In this document: piece after piece, positions 1 through 8,765 of the stretch
Position numbering within the stretch: position 1 is the first letter of the stretch
How the letters are laid out: every line of letters begins with the position of its first letter
Virus record (IMG/VR): IMGVR_UViG_3300006802_013268
Direction: 5' to 3' (one strand)
Source: an uncultured virus (IMG/VR IMGVR_UViG_3300006802_013268)
Taxonomy: Duplodnaviria > Heunggongvirae > Uroviricota > Caudoviricetes
DNA: 64,000 nt
Position numbers and translations under genes: made by a program
Notes under the pieces: generated by a model
Told to the model about the DNA's origin: nothing
Seen by the model: only the letters and a program-made list of their open reading frames with translations
Databases searched by the model: none

Positions 1-141
1 ACGAACTTCAACTCGTGCACAAAACTTACCATCTTCGGTTGCTTTGGCAACATAGTCTTGTTCGTCTGCTTGTACAGGTTGAGCAACAAGTGATGCTGCG
101 AAAATAACACCGCTACATGCGGCAAGGATTTCTTTTTTCAT
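1..141 (-). CDS. Partial small exported protein (3' end runs off the window)
   Basis: Manual translation from ATG at 141: MKKEILAACSGVIFAASLVAQPVQADEQDYVAKATEDGKFCARVEVR. Basic N-terminus, hydrophobic core and VQA-D cleavage-like site; AAGGA SD upstream. Not in the ORF track. Confidence 0.7.
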   Translation of the reverse strand, partial: MKKEILAACSGVIFAASLVAQPVQADEQDYVAKATEDGKFCARVEVR

Positions 142-151
142 TTTAACGTCC

Positions 152-583
152 TTAGTGAGATTTGATTTCTATCTTTCTCGGACGCTGTTCTTCGGGCAGT
201 TCTACTCTGAGTTTGATCACAAGTAAACCGTTGACGAATTCAGCTCCATCAACGACAACGTGCTCGGCTAACCTAAAAGTCTCCACGAACTTTTTAGTTG
301 TAATTCCTTTATGAAGATAGGTCTTACCAACTTCTTCTTCAGGATTACCACGAATGATCAGAACACCTGGCTTTGCCTCGATCTCTAGATCTTTCTTCTT
401 GTAACCACCAAGTGCAAATTCCATGGCATATTCTTCATCACTATACTTTACGATATTGTGACGAGGAAAACCCTTTTCGTTTGCGCCAACGGCAGTTAAT
501 TTTTCGATCTCATCCCAGACATGGTCGAAACCAATGAAACGAGAATGTGGAAATGAAAACACTTTCGTGCGTGTATTAACCAT
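152..583 (-). CDS. hsp20: Small heat shock protein (Hsp20/IbpA-like)
   Basis: FIGFD N-terminal motif, FPRHNI, YLHKGI..KKF..TFRLA, A.FVNGLLVI.L and C-terminal PRKIEI (IxI); AGGAGG SD. Confidence 0.95.
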   Translation of the reverse strand: MVNTRTKVFSFPHSRFIGFDHVWDEIEKLTAVGANEKGFPRHNIVKYSDEEYAMEFALGGYKKKDLEIEAKPGVLIIRGNPEEEVGKTYLHKGITTKKFVETFRLAEHVVVDGAEFVNGLLVIKLRVELPEEQRPRKIEIKSH

Positions 584-643
584 AATTGCCTCCTAATCTT
601 TTAGCAAGGTTGTTGTCTAACGCTCGGACCATTCCGCAGCGTC
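584..643 (-). promoter_or_regulatory. Structured hsp20 5' UTR; ROSE-like RNA thermometer candidate
   Basis: Minus strand: hairpin GACGCUGCGGA-AUGG-UCCGAGCGUU (619-643), then CCUUGCU-AAAAGAUU-AGGAGG (589-609), in which a UUGCU motif can pair with the SD. Confidence 0.6.
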
Positions 644-648
644 GATAC

Positions 649-656
649 TATATATA
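649..656 (-). promoter_or_regulatory. Possible T4-type late promoter variant (TATATATA) for hsp20
   Basis: One mismatch to TATAAATA, lying just upstream of the structured UTR. Confidence 0.45.
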
Positions 657-675
657 CACTTTTTCGTTTTAAAAG

Positions 676-1173
676 TCAAACATATAAACTTGGATCTGGA
701 TTTCCTTCTACACCAAAAGAAAAAGTGCATCTAGATTGTTTTGGTGATATGTGGTGTTCTGTTCCTCTAGGAATATAAACATATCTACCAGGAGTCAGGC
801 ACGTCTTATCACTAGCAACAGTTATATCAACCTCTCCCAAAACCTGTAATAAAAACACATCCATTCCATCCCTATGCAGAGGATAACTTTGTGTGTTTCT
901 ACCAACACCAATAAATGCTATATTCGTAATATTATTTTTATAGAATATAGTTTCCATTTCAGCAACAATTTGTTTTGCAAACTTTGGTGCTGAAGGTCTT
1001 TGGTGAAAAGAATTCAAACTGATTCTAAACTTATCGTGATTTCTATCGTACAGATTTTCAGGGTGCGTATCTAGAAGATAGATTAATTCTTTCCAAGAAA
1101 AATCATTAAGGAGCATTGATCCCCAAAAGTGTTTTTTCTCGGCAATGTTTTTTCTTTTTCGATCAAAGATCAT
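676..1173 (-). CDS. Cupin/JmjC-like protein
   Basis: H-R-D motif (YPLHRDGMDVFLLQVLG), LTPGRYVYIPRGTEHH and distal R-x-T-x-S-F. Confidence 0.85.
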   Translation of the reverse strand: MIFDRKRKNIAEKKHFWGSMLLNDFSWKELIYLLDTHPENLYDRNHDKFRISLNSFHQRPSAPKFAKQIVAEMETIFYKNNITNIAFIGVGRNTQSYPLHRDGMDVFLLQVLGEVDITVASDKTCLTPGRYVYIPRGTEHHISPKQSRCTFSFGVEGNPDPSLYV

Positions 1174-1176
1174 TAA

Positions 1177-1581
1177 TTAATTTTTGTTTCCTATATTATA
1201 TTTCGGAAGCAATTCCCATTCATGTTTTTCTTTATGTGAAATTATTTTAATCAATCGTAAAGGAGCGCACTCTAAAGTTTTTCCAGAAACAATTTTTACT
1301 AGTCCCCAATCAGAGAGGAGCGTAGCAATAGTGTTTCTTCTTAGTAAATCATTTTCTTCAATGTTAGATTTTTTACCGTCGAGCAAAAACAACTCTTTGA
1401 AATGGACAATAAAGTATCTTCCCTGTTTATGTAGAATATGACAGGATTGAAACAGTTTATTTTCTTTTCTAGAAGCAACGCCAATACGAGTTAAAGTCTC
1501 ACGAACCTTCAAAAAATCATCGGGTTCATTCAAAGTAACTTCAAGCATTTCTGCCGGAGACCAGAGATTATTTTCTTCCAC
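1177..1581 (-). CDS. regA: Translational repressor RegA
   Basis: PDDFLKVRETLTRIGVAS, LFQSCHILHKQGRYFIVHFKELF, W.L.PKYNIG. Confidence 0.98.
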   Translation of the reverse strand: MEENNLWSPAEMLEVTLNEPDDFLKVRETLTRIGVASRKENKLFQSCHILHKQGRYFIVHFKELFLLDGKKSNIEENDLLRRNTIATLLSDWGLVKIVSGKTLECAPLRLIKIISHKEKHEWELLPKYNIGNKN

Positions 1582-1966
1582 CTTTAAACATCCTTTTTCT
1601 AAGTTCAGTCAATTGATCTTTAGACAAAAGGAATAAAGCTTGCTTGGCTTTTTGGTTGCTATATCCATAGTATTCCTTTACGACTTGCAAATCAGTAATT
1701 TCTTGCGGTTTAGACCACTTAGTAAACCGCTTTCTTTTTCTCAATATATTTAGTAAAAAGTGAAATTGCATCTTCTTGTCTAGGTGACTATGAATATTCA
1801 TTTCATTTGCTGCTAAGACAGAATCTTTAAAATAAGAGAAATGCCTATTAATTATATAAGCATTATAATATTTTTCATTAGTCTCATCTAGCATCAAATC
1901 TATTTTAGTATCACTAGCACTTGTAACAAAATCGAATGGCGACAATGTTTTAGATTCGGTCTTCAA
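1568..1966 (-). CDS. gp62: Clamp loader small subunit gp62 (exact start uncertain)
   Basis: Y..YIINR.FS...D....ANEMN, LRKRKRF.KW.K, VKEYYGYS..KA; position before regA. Confidence 0.93.
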   Translation of the reverse strand: MKTESKTLSPFDFVTSASDTKIDLMLDETNEKYYNAYIINRHFSYFKDSVLAANEMNIHSHLDKKMQFHFLLNILRKRKRFTKWSKPQEITDLQVVKEYYGYSNQKAKQALFLLSKDQLTELRKRMFKGGRK

Positions 1967-2600
1967 TTTTACACCATCCGTTCCTGTAATCTTTTTTATA
2001 TAATTGTTTAATTCTAGACACTTGTTCTTCCGTCAAAGAATCATTATACAATTTATCTATGGTTTTATTTAAATGAATATCTGGATTCGTTACAGGTATA
2101 TCGCAAGCAGATATCAAAAAGTTAAGCAACTTATCGATTTCATTAATCCAGTAGACTGCATGATAATCATCAGGATTGTCATTGAACCAGGTTTGGGTAT
2201 AAAAATGAATGTTCCTGGTTGTTTCATTCTCAATAGAATCTAAAACTTCGTCAATTGTTTTTCCTATTTCTGGAAGATCACGACCGTTTTTAATGTGATT
2301 AATACGTTCCCTAGTTATGTATTCACAGGCAGATTTAAATCTATCTAATGGGTCGCGACGAACAGCAATACGATAACTTCCTTTGCGAAACGGCAAATCA
2401 AATTGGTCTCCATATTGCTGTACTAGTTGATATCGTTCACGTCTGCCTACCCAGGTTTGAGACTTCGTAGATAACGAATGCAATTCTTTTAATGTAGTCA
2501 TAGCATTTTTTGGACATAATCTAACATCTACATTATTAGCAAAGTATAGTACATTGTCATAAGGTGACATTTCATATGAACGAGGATCAAACCAAGTCAT
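1950..2600 (-). CDS. Sulfotransferase-family protein
   Basis: PAPS-binding-like motifs CPKNAMTT (5'-PSB) and VRRDPLDRFKSA (3'-PB); HFYTQ; C-terminal LYKKD. Confidence 0.8.
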   Translation of the reverse strand: MTWFDPRSYEMSPYDNVLYFANNVDVRLCPKNAMTTLKELHSLSTKSQTWVGRRERYQLVQQYGDQFDLPFRKGSYRIAVRRDPLDRFKSACEYITRERINHIKNGRDLPEIGKTIDEVLDSIENETTRNIHFYTQTWFNDNPDDYHAVYWINEIDKLLNFLISACDIPVTNPDIHLNKTIDKLYNDSLTEEQVSRIKQLYKKDYRNGWCKIEDRI

Positions 2601-3544
2601 TTAATATCAACCGAAGCGATTACTTCTGTAAGACAAGCAACCAAGTTAAGTTCGTGATCTGCAACAAACGCATCTTTATACTGATAGTCTGCAAGTATCA
2701 AGACTAGAGAAGGTATGTGATTACTCTCTACTCGTTGTGACATATTATCATAAAGATTCCTGAATACAGAAGAAGCATCAACGTCAACATTATTGCTGAC
2801 CCAACTCCTCATTTTATTGAAATCTTTATTCTTTAAAGCAGCATACAACACGTCATAGTTAGTATCAAATGCGCTAAGTGATTCAATCTTGATAGTATCG
2901 CCGCCAACACATGCCCGTTGCAACTCATTAATAACTCTGCGCCAATCTGGAGCATGTCGAATTATTAATTCTGCTATGCTTTGACGTTGAGGTTCTGCTA
3001 CACTAAAACCTTCCTGCTGTAAAATAAAACAAGATCTATTAAGAACTTGTTCGCATAAACTAGCAAGAGTTTTCTTGTTAGAATTAAATTCATACACACC
3101 ACAACGAGAATGTATAGGTTCAATGATTCTATTCTTGAAGTTACAAGTAAGAATGAATCGGCAGTTATTTGAGAACTCTTCAATAAATCCACGTAGTGCT
3201 GGTTGCGTGGATTGAGGGTTCAAATAATCTGCCTCATCAAGGATGACAACTTTTCTTCCACCAAAGAAAGAAGCAGTAGAGGCAAACCTTTTAATCTTGC
3301 CTCTAAGCGTATCAATGTTTCCTTCTTCAGATCCATTAATCATCAGATAGTCAGCATCAATTTGATTACAGATTGCTTTTGCTACTGTTGTTTTACCTAA
3401 ACCTGCAGTACCACTAAACAACATGTTAGGCAAATCGCCAGATTTAACTATATCATTAAAAACTTTTTTTAGTTTATCTGGAAGAATACATTCGTCTATT
3501 GTTTCGGGTCTGTATTTTTCGACCCAAAGAAATTGTTCGCTCAT
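2597..3544 (-). CDS. gp44: Clamp loader large subunit gp44 (AAA+)
   Basis: LWVEKYRP, Walker A GTAGLGKTT, Walker B ILDEAD, SRC motif. Confidence 0.97.
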   Translation of the reverse strand: MSEQFLWVEKYRPETIDECILPDKLKKVFNDIVKSGDLPNMLFSGTAGLGKTTVAKAICNQIDADYLMINGSEEGNIDTLRGKIKRFASTASFFGGRKVVILDEADYLNPQSTQPALRGFIEEFSNNCRFILTCNFKNRIIEPIHSRCGVYEFNSNKKTLASLCEQVLNRSCFILQQEGFSVAEPQRQSIAELIIRHAPDWRRVINELQRACVGGDTIKIESLSAFDTNYDVLYAALKNKDFNKMRSWVSNNVDVDASSVFRNLYDNMSQRVESNHIPSLVLILADYQYKDAFVADHELNLVACLTEVIASVDIK

Positions 3545-3589
3545 AAAATCTCAACATAATATAATAAGTAAAGGGTTCAAAAAGAGATT

Positions 3590-3793
3590 TTATTTTTTCT
3601 TGCTTTCCTCTGCAGGTTCAGCAGGTGCATTTTGCTTTTCTTCAAGCAACTGAATTAGAGCAATACATTGATCTCTCAATTGACCAATTGTAGCAAGTTC
3701 TTCTCCGCGAAACCCACCACGTGCTGCGATAGTATCAATTACAGCAACAGTGCTGCGAGTAATTCGATTACCAAGATCTAAGATTTGTTCCAT
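3590..3793 (-). CDS. Small hypothetical protein
   Basis: 67-aa helical ORF with AAGGA SD; RSTVAVID....RGGFRGEEL..IGQLRD; lies between gp45 and gp44. Confidence 0.75.
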   Translation of the reverse strand: MEQILDLGNRITRSTVAVIDTIAARGGFRGEELATIGQLRDQCIALIQLLEEKQNAPAEPAEESKKK

Positions 3794-3812
3794 TTTATAT
3801 TCCTTATTTGTG

Positions 3813-4499
3813 TTATCGTTCAGTGGCTACCCAATATTCAATTGGTTGTTCTTTGTTTGTGAAATGCGAGATATAACTGTTAGATACTTCAACATCATAA
3901 TCACCATCGATCATTTTAAAGTTGCTAACAAGAAAAGTAAATCTAAAATCGTCAGACTCAAATTCAGCTGGCACTTCGCATACAAAAGCATTTCCAAATT
4001 CTTCTTTGTCTTTTTGTTTTTTGAGTTCAGTAACTTTCAACTCAACTAGATTGTTTCCTTTTGGAGAAACAACCAAGTAATCTAATCCAAACCCAGAAGA
4101 ACTTTTTCGAATATAGTTTAGTGTCCTCTTATCTAGTGAAAATTTAAGTTGACATTTTGGCATGACAACTTCTTTATCTGTTGTAGAAGAAGCAACTAGT
4201 TCAGGATCAATAAAGTAATATGAAGTTCGGTACAACCCGCTCGAATCAGCAATAACAACATGGTTATCGTGAAACGATAATCGCACAGATTCTTGACCAA
4301 ACATCGTTAATGCTAAAAGAAACTCATTAAGATCATAGATTCCAAATGTTTGGGGAAAATTTTCTGAGACGTATGCTTTTGCTAATGCTGCTTGTCCAGG
4401 TTTAACAGACTTAATTAAGTTGCCTTGGTTAAAGACAATGTTTGGGTTTATGGTAGCGAAATTTCTAAGAATTTCAACTGTGTCTTTGGAGATTTCCAT
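3813..4499 (-). CDS. gp45: Sliding clamp gp45
   Basis: T..IL.NFATIN..I, FGIYDLNEFL, N.K.I.GDY.V, YWVA.E; ATG at 4499 has a GAGGA SD. Confidence 0.93.
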   Translation of the reverse strand: MEISKDTVEILRNFATINPNIVFNQGNLIKSVKPGQAALAKAYVSENFPQTFGIYDLNEFLLALTMFGQESVRLSFHDNHVVIADSSGLYRTSYYFIDPELVASSTTDKEVVMPKCQLKFSLDKRTLNYIRKSSSGFGLDYLVVSPKGNNLVELKVTELKKQKDKEEFGNAFVCEVPAEFESDDFRFTFLVSNFKMIDGDYDVEVSNSYISHFTNKEQPIEYWVATER

Positions 4500-4527
4500 C
4501 AAGTTTCCTCATTATATAAGAATTTAA

Positions 4528-4556
4528 ATTGTATAACATTTCTATTGCTTTGTCAA
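4528..4556 (-). promoter_or_regulatory. Sigma70-type promoter for gp45-gp44-gp62-regA
   Basis: TTGACA (4551-4556), 17 bp, TACAAT (4528-4533) on the minus strand. Confidence 0.85.
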
Positions 4557-5129
4557 CTACTGCCATGCTGGTCCTCGAAACCAACCAACTAAAGAATATC
4601 TAACACCTTTAGTAACTGGTCTGACTCTATGCCAAGCCATAGAGGGAAATATTGTCACATCACCAGCATCTCTTAGTTTAGCAATAATAGTTCGAATTGG
4701 TTGTTCTTCGTCTTTAAACAAATCGTCTTCATTAAGAATTTCTAGTTCACCGCCAGAAAAATCTTTGGATGAGTTTAGTAAAATTGAAAAACTCACTTTT
4801 CGTATACTACCGTCGGAAAAGGTGTTGAAGGCATCTTTGTGCCAAGTGTAATGCCCACCATCAGCATAAATTGAAAGTTGAAAATCTTCTAGAGTATCAA
4901 TCTGAGCATTCCATGGTGAGTTTTTAACTAAGGGAGTCACCAAATCTTCTATTTGTTTGTTTCTAAACCAGAAAATTTCTGATTTCCTTGTAGCATTATG
5001 TTGCCTTCCATCGCCAACCATACCAACACTATACATTCCTCCTGTTATTGCAGTTTTAATTAAAAAATCACAAGCATTTTTAGGAATAATTTTTTTATAG
5101 TTAAGATATTGTATTCTTGTATTAATCAT
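4557..5129 (-). CDS. 2OG-Fe(II) oxygenase (prolyl-hydroxylase/PKHD-like)
   Basis: Y..GGHY.WHKD, RKVS.S..LN, F.GGEL, IFPS..WHRV.PVTKG.RYSLVGW..GP. Confidence 0.92.
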   Translation of the reverse strand: MINTRIQYLNYKKIIPKNACDFLIKTAITGGMYSVGMVGDGRQHNATRKSEIFWFRNKQIEDLVTPLVKNSPWNAQIDTLEDFQLSIYADGGHYTWHKDAFNTFSDGSIRKVSFSILLNSSKDFSGGELEILNEDDLFKDEEQPIRTIIAKLRDAGDVTIFPSMAWHRVRPVTKGVRYSLVGWFRGPAWQ

Positions 5130-6832
5130 ACTATCTTGCTAAAATTTTTATGTTTTATAAATTCAAGTTTTCTTTCAAACTTATTGTCTAGCATTTCCCC
5201 TTTGTGAGAAATAACAAATACATTAGTGTCTTTATCTAAAGTGTCAAGGATTTTAAATAGATTCTCAACACCATCAGCATCTAAAGAAGAATCAAATGTT
5301 TCATCTAGAATTAACAGATTAGTGGCAACAGAGTTTTTCATGCGAGCAACCTGCCTCCAAGTAAATAACAACGCAAGATCTATCCTCTGTTTCTCGCCCT
5401 CACTAAACGAGGAATAGGAAAAGACGTCTCTGTGTCTTGATCGTATTGTCTCGTTGAACCCCTCATCCAAGTCAAAGTGGACATAGAAGTCGAGGACTTG
5501 TAGGTACTGATTCGTGAGTTTATTAATAACGGGCAGATATTGTTTGATGATTTTGGTTTTGATACCCGAGTCTTTGAGCAGCTCTGATATAACGTTATTG
5601 TATTCCCGTTCCTCTGCGAGGTCCATTTTCCTCTGCACGATCTCTTCACGAGATCTTCGAAGATCTTCAAGCGTAGATTTTGCGGTTTGCAGACTATCCA
5701 AGTCCTGCCCCCCTTGGGATAGATCACACTGTAGACTTCGAATCCTCGCTTGGGTTCTTTTAATGTCACGCCTGTACACCTCGACATCTTGAAATTTAGA
5801 TGTTTCTTCGGACAGAATCTTTTCATGCCATGTCATCTCATCATAGTGTTTTGCTATTTCGAAAGAGAGTTTGAGTTTGGCGTCTTCGATCTGTCCTTTC
5901 GACTCGAAAGTTTCTCTGAACTTTTTACTTTTGATATCAGCGGCGATCTCTTGATCACAGGTGGGACATGTGTCGTTATCCTCATAAAACTTTACGTCCT
6001 TATCAAACTTCTTAATCTTCTGATCAAACTGAAAATCGAACTTCTCAAATTCGTCAATCTTTTTCTTTGTTGCAAACAGCAACTTTTCTATCTCTCGAAG
6101 TCGAGTATCGGTATACCCTTCAACGAGTTTCTCTAGGCGGGCCAACTCTGCTTGCTGCTCAGTGAGTTCAGACTCTACTTTATCTTTAGCAGATTCAGAG
6201 ATTTTTTCTAGTTCGAAGATATGATCTTCTTGTGTATCTATTTTGGTATTTGTTATATCTAGTTCATGACTATTACTAGTCAACTGGTCTTTTAAAATAG
6301 AAATCTTTTCTCTTAGAATAAGATTCATTTTAGAAAACACATTAATATCTAGTAAGTCTTCTATCACTTCTCTACGAATATGAGTAGGAAGTTGCATAAA
6401 TGGAATAAAACTACTGCTACCAAGCACAACTATCTGATGAAAAGATTTGTGATTTAGTTTCAGAATGTTTTGCTCTAAAATTTTCTGATACTCTTTAGCA
6501 TGACTGTCTTGATTAATCATAACATCGTCTTGCCAAATTTCAAATTTCGCTGGTTTTAATCCACGAACAATCTTGTATTGTTGTCCTAAAGCATCGAACT
6601 CAACCACAACAACGCAGTCTTTGTTGTTAATGCTATTAACTAACTGCGGTTTATTTACATTGCGATGTGCTTTACCGAACAAAGCAAAAGACAATGCATC
6701 AAGCATAGTTGATTTGCCGGAACCATTAGAACCAACAATTAATGTTGTGTCTGTTTTTAAAAAATCAATCTCAGTAAATGCGTTTCCTGTACTAAGAAAA
6801 TTTTTATAACGAAGAGTTTTAAATTTAATCAA
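5126..6832 (-). CDS. gp46: Recombination endonuclease ATPase subunit gp46 (Rad50/SbcC-like)
   Basis: Walker A GSNGSGKST, CPTC zinc hook, FSEGEK signature, LILDE, ISHK. Confidence 0.97.
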   Translation of the reverse strand: MIKFKTLRYKNFLSTGNAFTEIDFLKTDTTLIVGSNGSGKSTMLDALSFALFGKAHRNVNKPQLVNSINNKDCVVVVEFDALGQQYKIVRGLKPAKFEIWQDDVMINQDSHAKEYQKILEQNILKLNHKSFHQIVVLGSSSFIPFMQLPTHIRREVIEDLLDINVFSKMNLILREKISILKDQLTSNSHELDITNTKIDTQEDHIFELEKISESAKDKVESELTEQQAELARLEKLVEGYTDTRLREIEKLLFATKKKIDEFEKFDFQFDQKIKKFDKDVKFYEDNDTCPTCDQEIAADIKSKKFRETFESKGQIEDAKLKLSFEIAKHYDEMTWHEKILSEETSKFQDVEVYRRDIKRTQARIRSLQCDLSQGGQDLDSLQTAKSTLEDLRRSREEIVQRKMDLAEEREYNNVISELLKDSGIKTKIIKQYLPVINKLTNQYLQVLDFYVHFDLDEGFNETIRSRHRDVFSYSSFSEGEKQRIDLALLFTWRQVARMKNSVATNLLILDETFDSSLDADGVENLFKILDTLDKDTNVFVISHKGEMLDNKFERKLEFIKHKNFSKIV

Positions 6833-6833
6833 G

Positions 6834-7910
6834 TTACACTATTTCCATAGTTTGCGCTTCAATCATAAGACCAAACACAATATTTTTTATTTTCTCTTTA
6901 TCTAGATCTGTGTCAACATTATCGATGTATGACGTTAGTAATTTTTCTGTGGAATCGACTGTTAAGTTATCGTCATCAACTTGAGCACCCGCGAAATCCT
7001 GAAAGTTTTCTGCTATTTGTAAACCGTAGATTTTTTTAGAATTAATTCTATCAATAAATTTTTCAAACTCTTTTGGTTTAGACTTATTAATTACGATAAC
7101 TTTTACAAACTTATCGTCTACGTCTCTGACGTCAGCTTGCGCTGAAGAGACTGCCCAAGAAGTTTTTGCTGTGTCGTCCCAATATATTTTTTTGAATATC
7201 GTTATAGGATTTTCAACTGCAGTCAACTCACGAGTTTCTGTATCTAGGATATGGAAATACTTTTTATCATCACAATCTGACCAGAAGAATTCCATCTGAC
7301 ATCCCAAATAATGTATGTTATCTTGTTGGGATTTCGTATGGTAATGTCCAGATAATACCATCTCAAATTTTGAGAAGTAATCTCTGTTCATTCCTTCATG
7401 CGCCATTATACCTGCTTGCATTTCAAATCCAGACAATTCTAAATGAGCAGCACACATATCTGCTTTACATGTGGCAATTACTTGTTTTATTCTATCTTCG
7501 TTTTCTGAATTAATCCATGGGATCAATAGCATTTTCATACTATCGTAAGTTATTACTTCAGGATCTTCAATGATTCGAACTTCAGACATGTAATGCCCCA
7601 ACAGTTCTTTCAACGCATTTAGTTTATTGGTGTTTTTATAGTAGACATCGTGATTGCCTGGAATAATATCCATGTGAATATGCATATTCCTAAGAACGTC
7701 AAGGAATATCCTGCGATTGTGATTAAGTGCTTTAAAGTTGATCGCAGTTCTATTTTCATAATAATCTCCAAGGTGAAGAATTTTTTTAATATTATGTTTT
7801 TCTAGATAAGGAAAGAAAACATCACGATAAAACCTCTCTTGATAATCCATAAAGATTTCAGAAGAGTTGCGAACACCGCAATGCGTGTCGTTTAATATTG
7901 CTATTTTCAC
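6834..7910 (-). CDS. gp47: Recombination endonuclease nuclease subunit gp47 (Mre11/SbcD-like)
   Basis: DTH.G, HLGD, GNHD, AHLEL, SGHYH; GTG start. Confidence 0.97.
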   Translation of the reverse strand: MKIAILNDTHCGVRNSSEIFMDYQERFYRDVFFPYLEKHNIKKILHLGDYYENRTAINFKALNHNRRIFLDVLRNMHIHMDIIPGNHDVYYKNTNKLNALKELLGHYMSEVRIIEDPEVITYDSMKMLLIPWINSENEDRIKQVIATCKADMCAAHLELSGFEMQAGIMAHEGMNRDYFSKFEMVLSGHYHTKSQQDNIHYLGCQMEFFWSDCDDKKYFHILDTETRELTAVENPITIFKKIYWDDTAKTSWAVSSAQADVRDVDDKFVKVIVINKSKPKEFEKFIDRINSKKIYGLQIAENFQDFAGAQVDDDNLTVDSTEKLLTSYIDNVDTDLDKEKIKNIVFGLMIEAQTMEIV

Positions 7911-8068
7911 CAGTTATGCACCACGTTTGCCATAATAAAAAAACAGGTTAGGAAGTTTACTCCGACGATCACTGTGCGTAGCACTGCCACATAGTCATCA
8001 TAGGGTTCAGTCTTATCGTCTGAGAACCCGCCCAGAGCGTACTTCCAAATAGTCCACAATTTGTTCAT
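7907..8068 (-). CDS. Small (53 aa) hydrophobic protein
   Basis: Manual translation MNKLWTIWKYALGGFSDDKTEPYDDYVAVLRTVIVGVNFLTCFFIMANVVHNW. It fills the gp55-gp47 gap exactly, with ATGA and GTGA overlaps at the two ends. Confidence 0.8.
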   Translation of the reverse strand: MNKLWTIWKYALGGFSDDKTEPYDDYVAVLRTVIVGVNFLTCFFIMANVVHNW

Positions 8069-8649
8069 TGAAGAAACTCAGATAGGTCAGAATCTACGTG
8101 AACAGTTCTTTTCTTGCGTTCTTTCTTACCATACTCAGAATATATTTTATCCATTTCTTTTACTGCGTCAATCCTTAATTTCAATTCTTCTACAAATGCT
8201 TGAGTTTGTTTCGACGCTTCATCATTATCGATTTCGTTTTGAATAATTTGCTCTATGCCATATTCAGAAATATATTTTAATTTAATATCCTGCTGCTTTT
8301 TCTCTTTTTGAATTCTTCTAAGGAAAGCATACCAAGCAATTTGGGTAAAGTATGCAAAAGCATTTGGTTTACCAGTTCTTGTTGCTGTATTAAGATCATA
8401 GTTTTCAATTGCTTTTAGGCAATTTTCTACAGCGTCCATGACCATTTCTTCTCGGTAAGTGTATCTTACGAAGTTTGCTTTGTGTGACAAACCTTCAGCA
8501 ATTTTCAAAAAACATTCCGCAACATAATTAGGGACAATCGGTTTAGATTCTTTTTGTTGTTTAGATTTGTTTGATAACGTCACATACTCGACGACTGCTT
8601 CACTAAATTTTGCATTGTTAACATAATGCGGTTTGTTTTTTGGTTCCAT
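8065..8649 (-). CDS. gp55: Late-transcription sigma factor gp55
   Basis: HYVNN..F, ECFLKIAEGLSHK.NF..YTYREEM..D..ENC, NAFAYFTQI...AFLRRIQKEKKQ; ATG at 8649 preferred. Confidence 0.96.
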   Translation of the reverse strand: MEPKNKPHYVNNAKFSEAVVEYVTLSNKSKQQKESKPIVPNYVAECFLKIAEGLSHKANFVRYTYREEMVMDAVENCLKAIENYDLNTATRTGKPNAFAYFTQIAWYAFLRRIQKEKKQQDIKLKYISEYGIEQIIQNEIDNDEASKQTQAFVEELKLRIDAVKEMDKIYSEYGKKERKKRTVHVDSDLSEFLQ

Positions 8650-8699
8650 AGAGTGCCTCAAATAAAAAATTATACTATAAAAATGTCCAAATAAAAAGG

Positions 8700-8728
8700 T
8701 TGACTAAGAGAAAGAATTTCATTACAAT
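8700..8728 (+). promoter_or_regulatory. Antisense sigma70-type promoter
   Basis: TTGACT (8700-8705), 17 bp, TACAAT (8723-8728) on the plus strand in the intergenic gap; back-to-back with a minus-strand TATAAT at 8669-8674. Confidence 0.6.
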
Positions 8729-8765
8729 AAAGCTTAACTCACAGAGAGAATGGAATATATAAATT

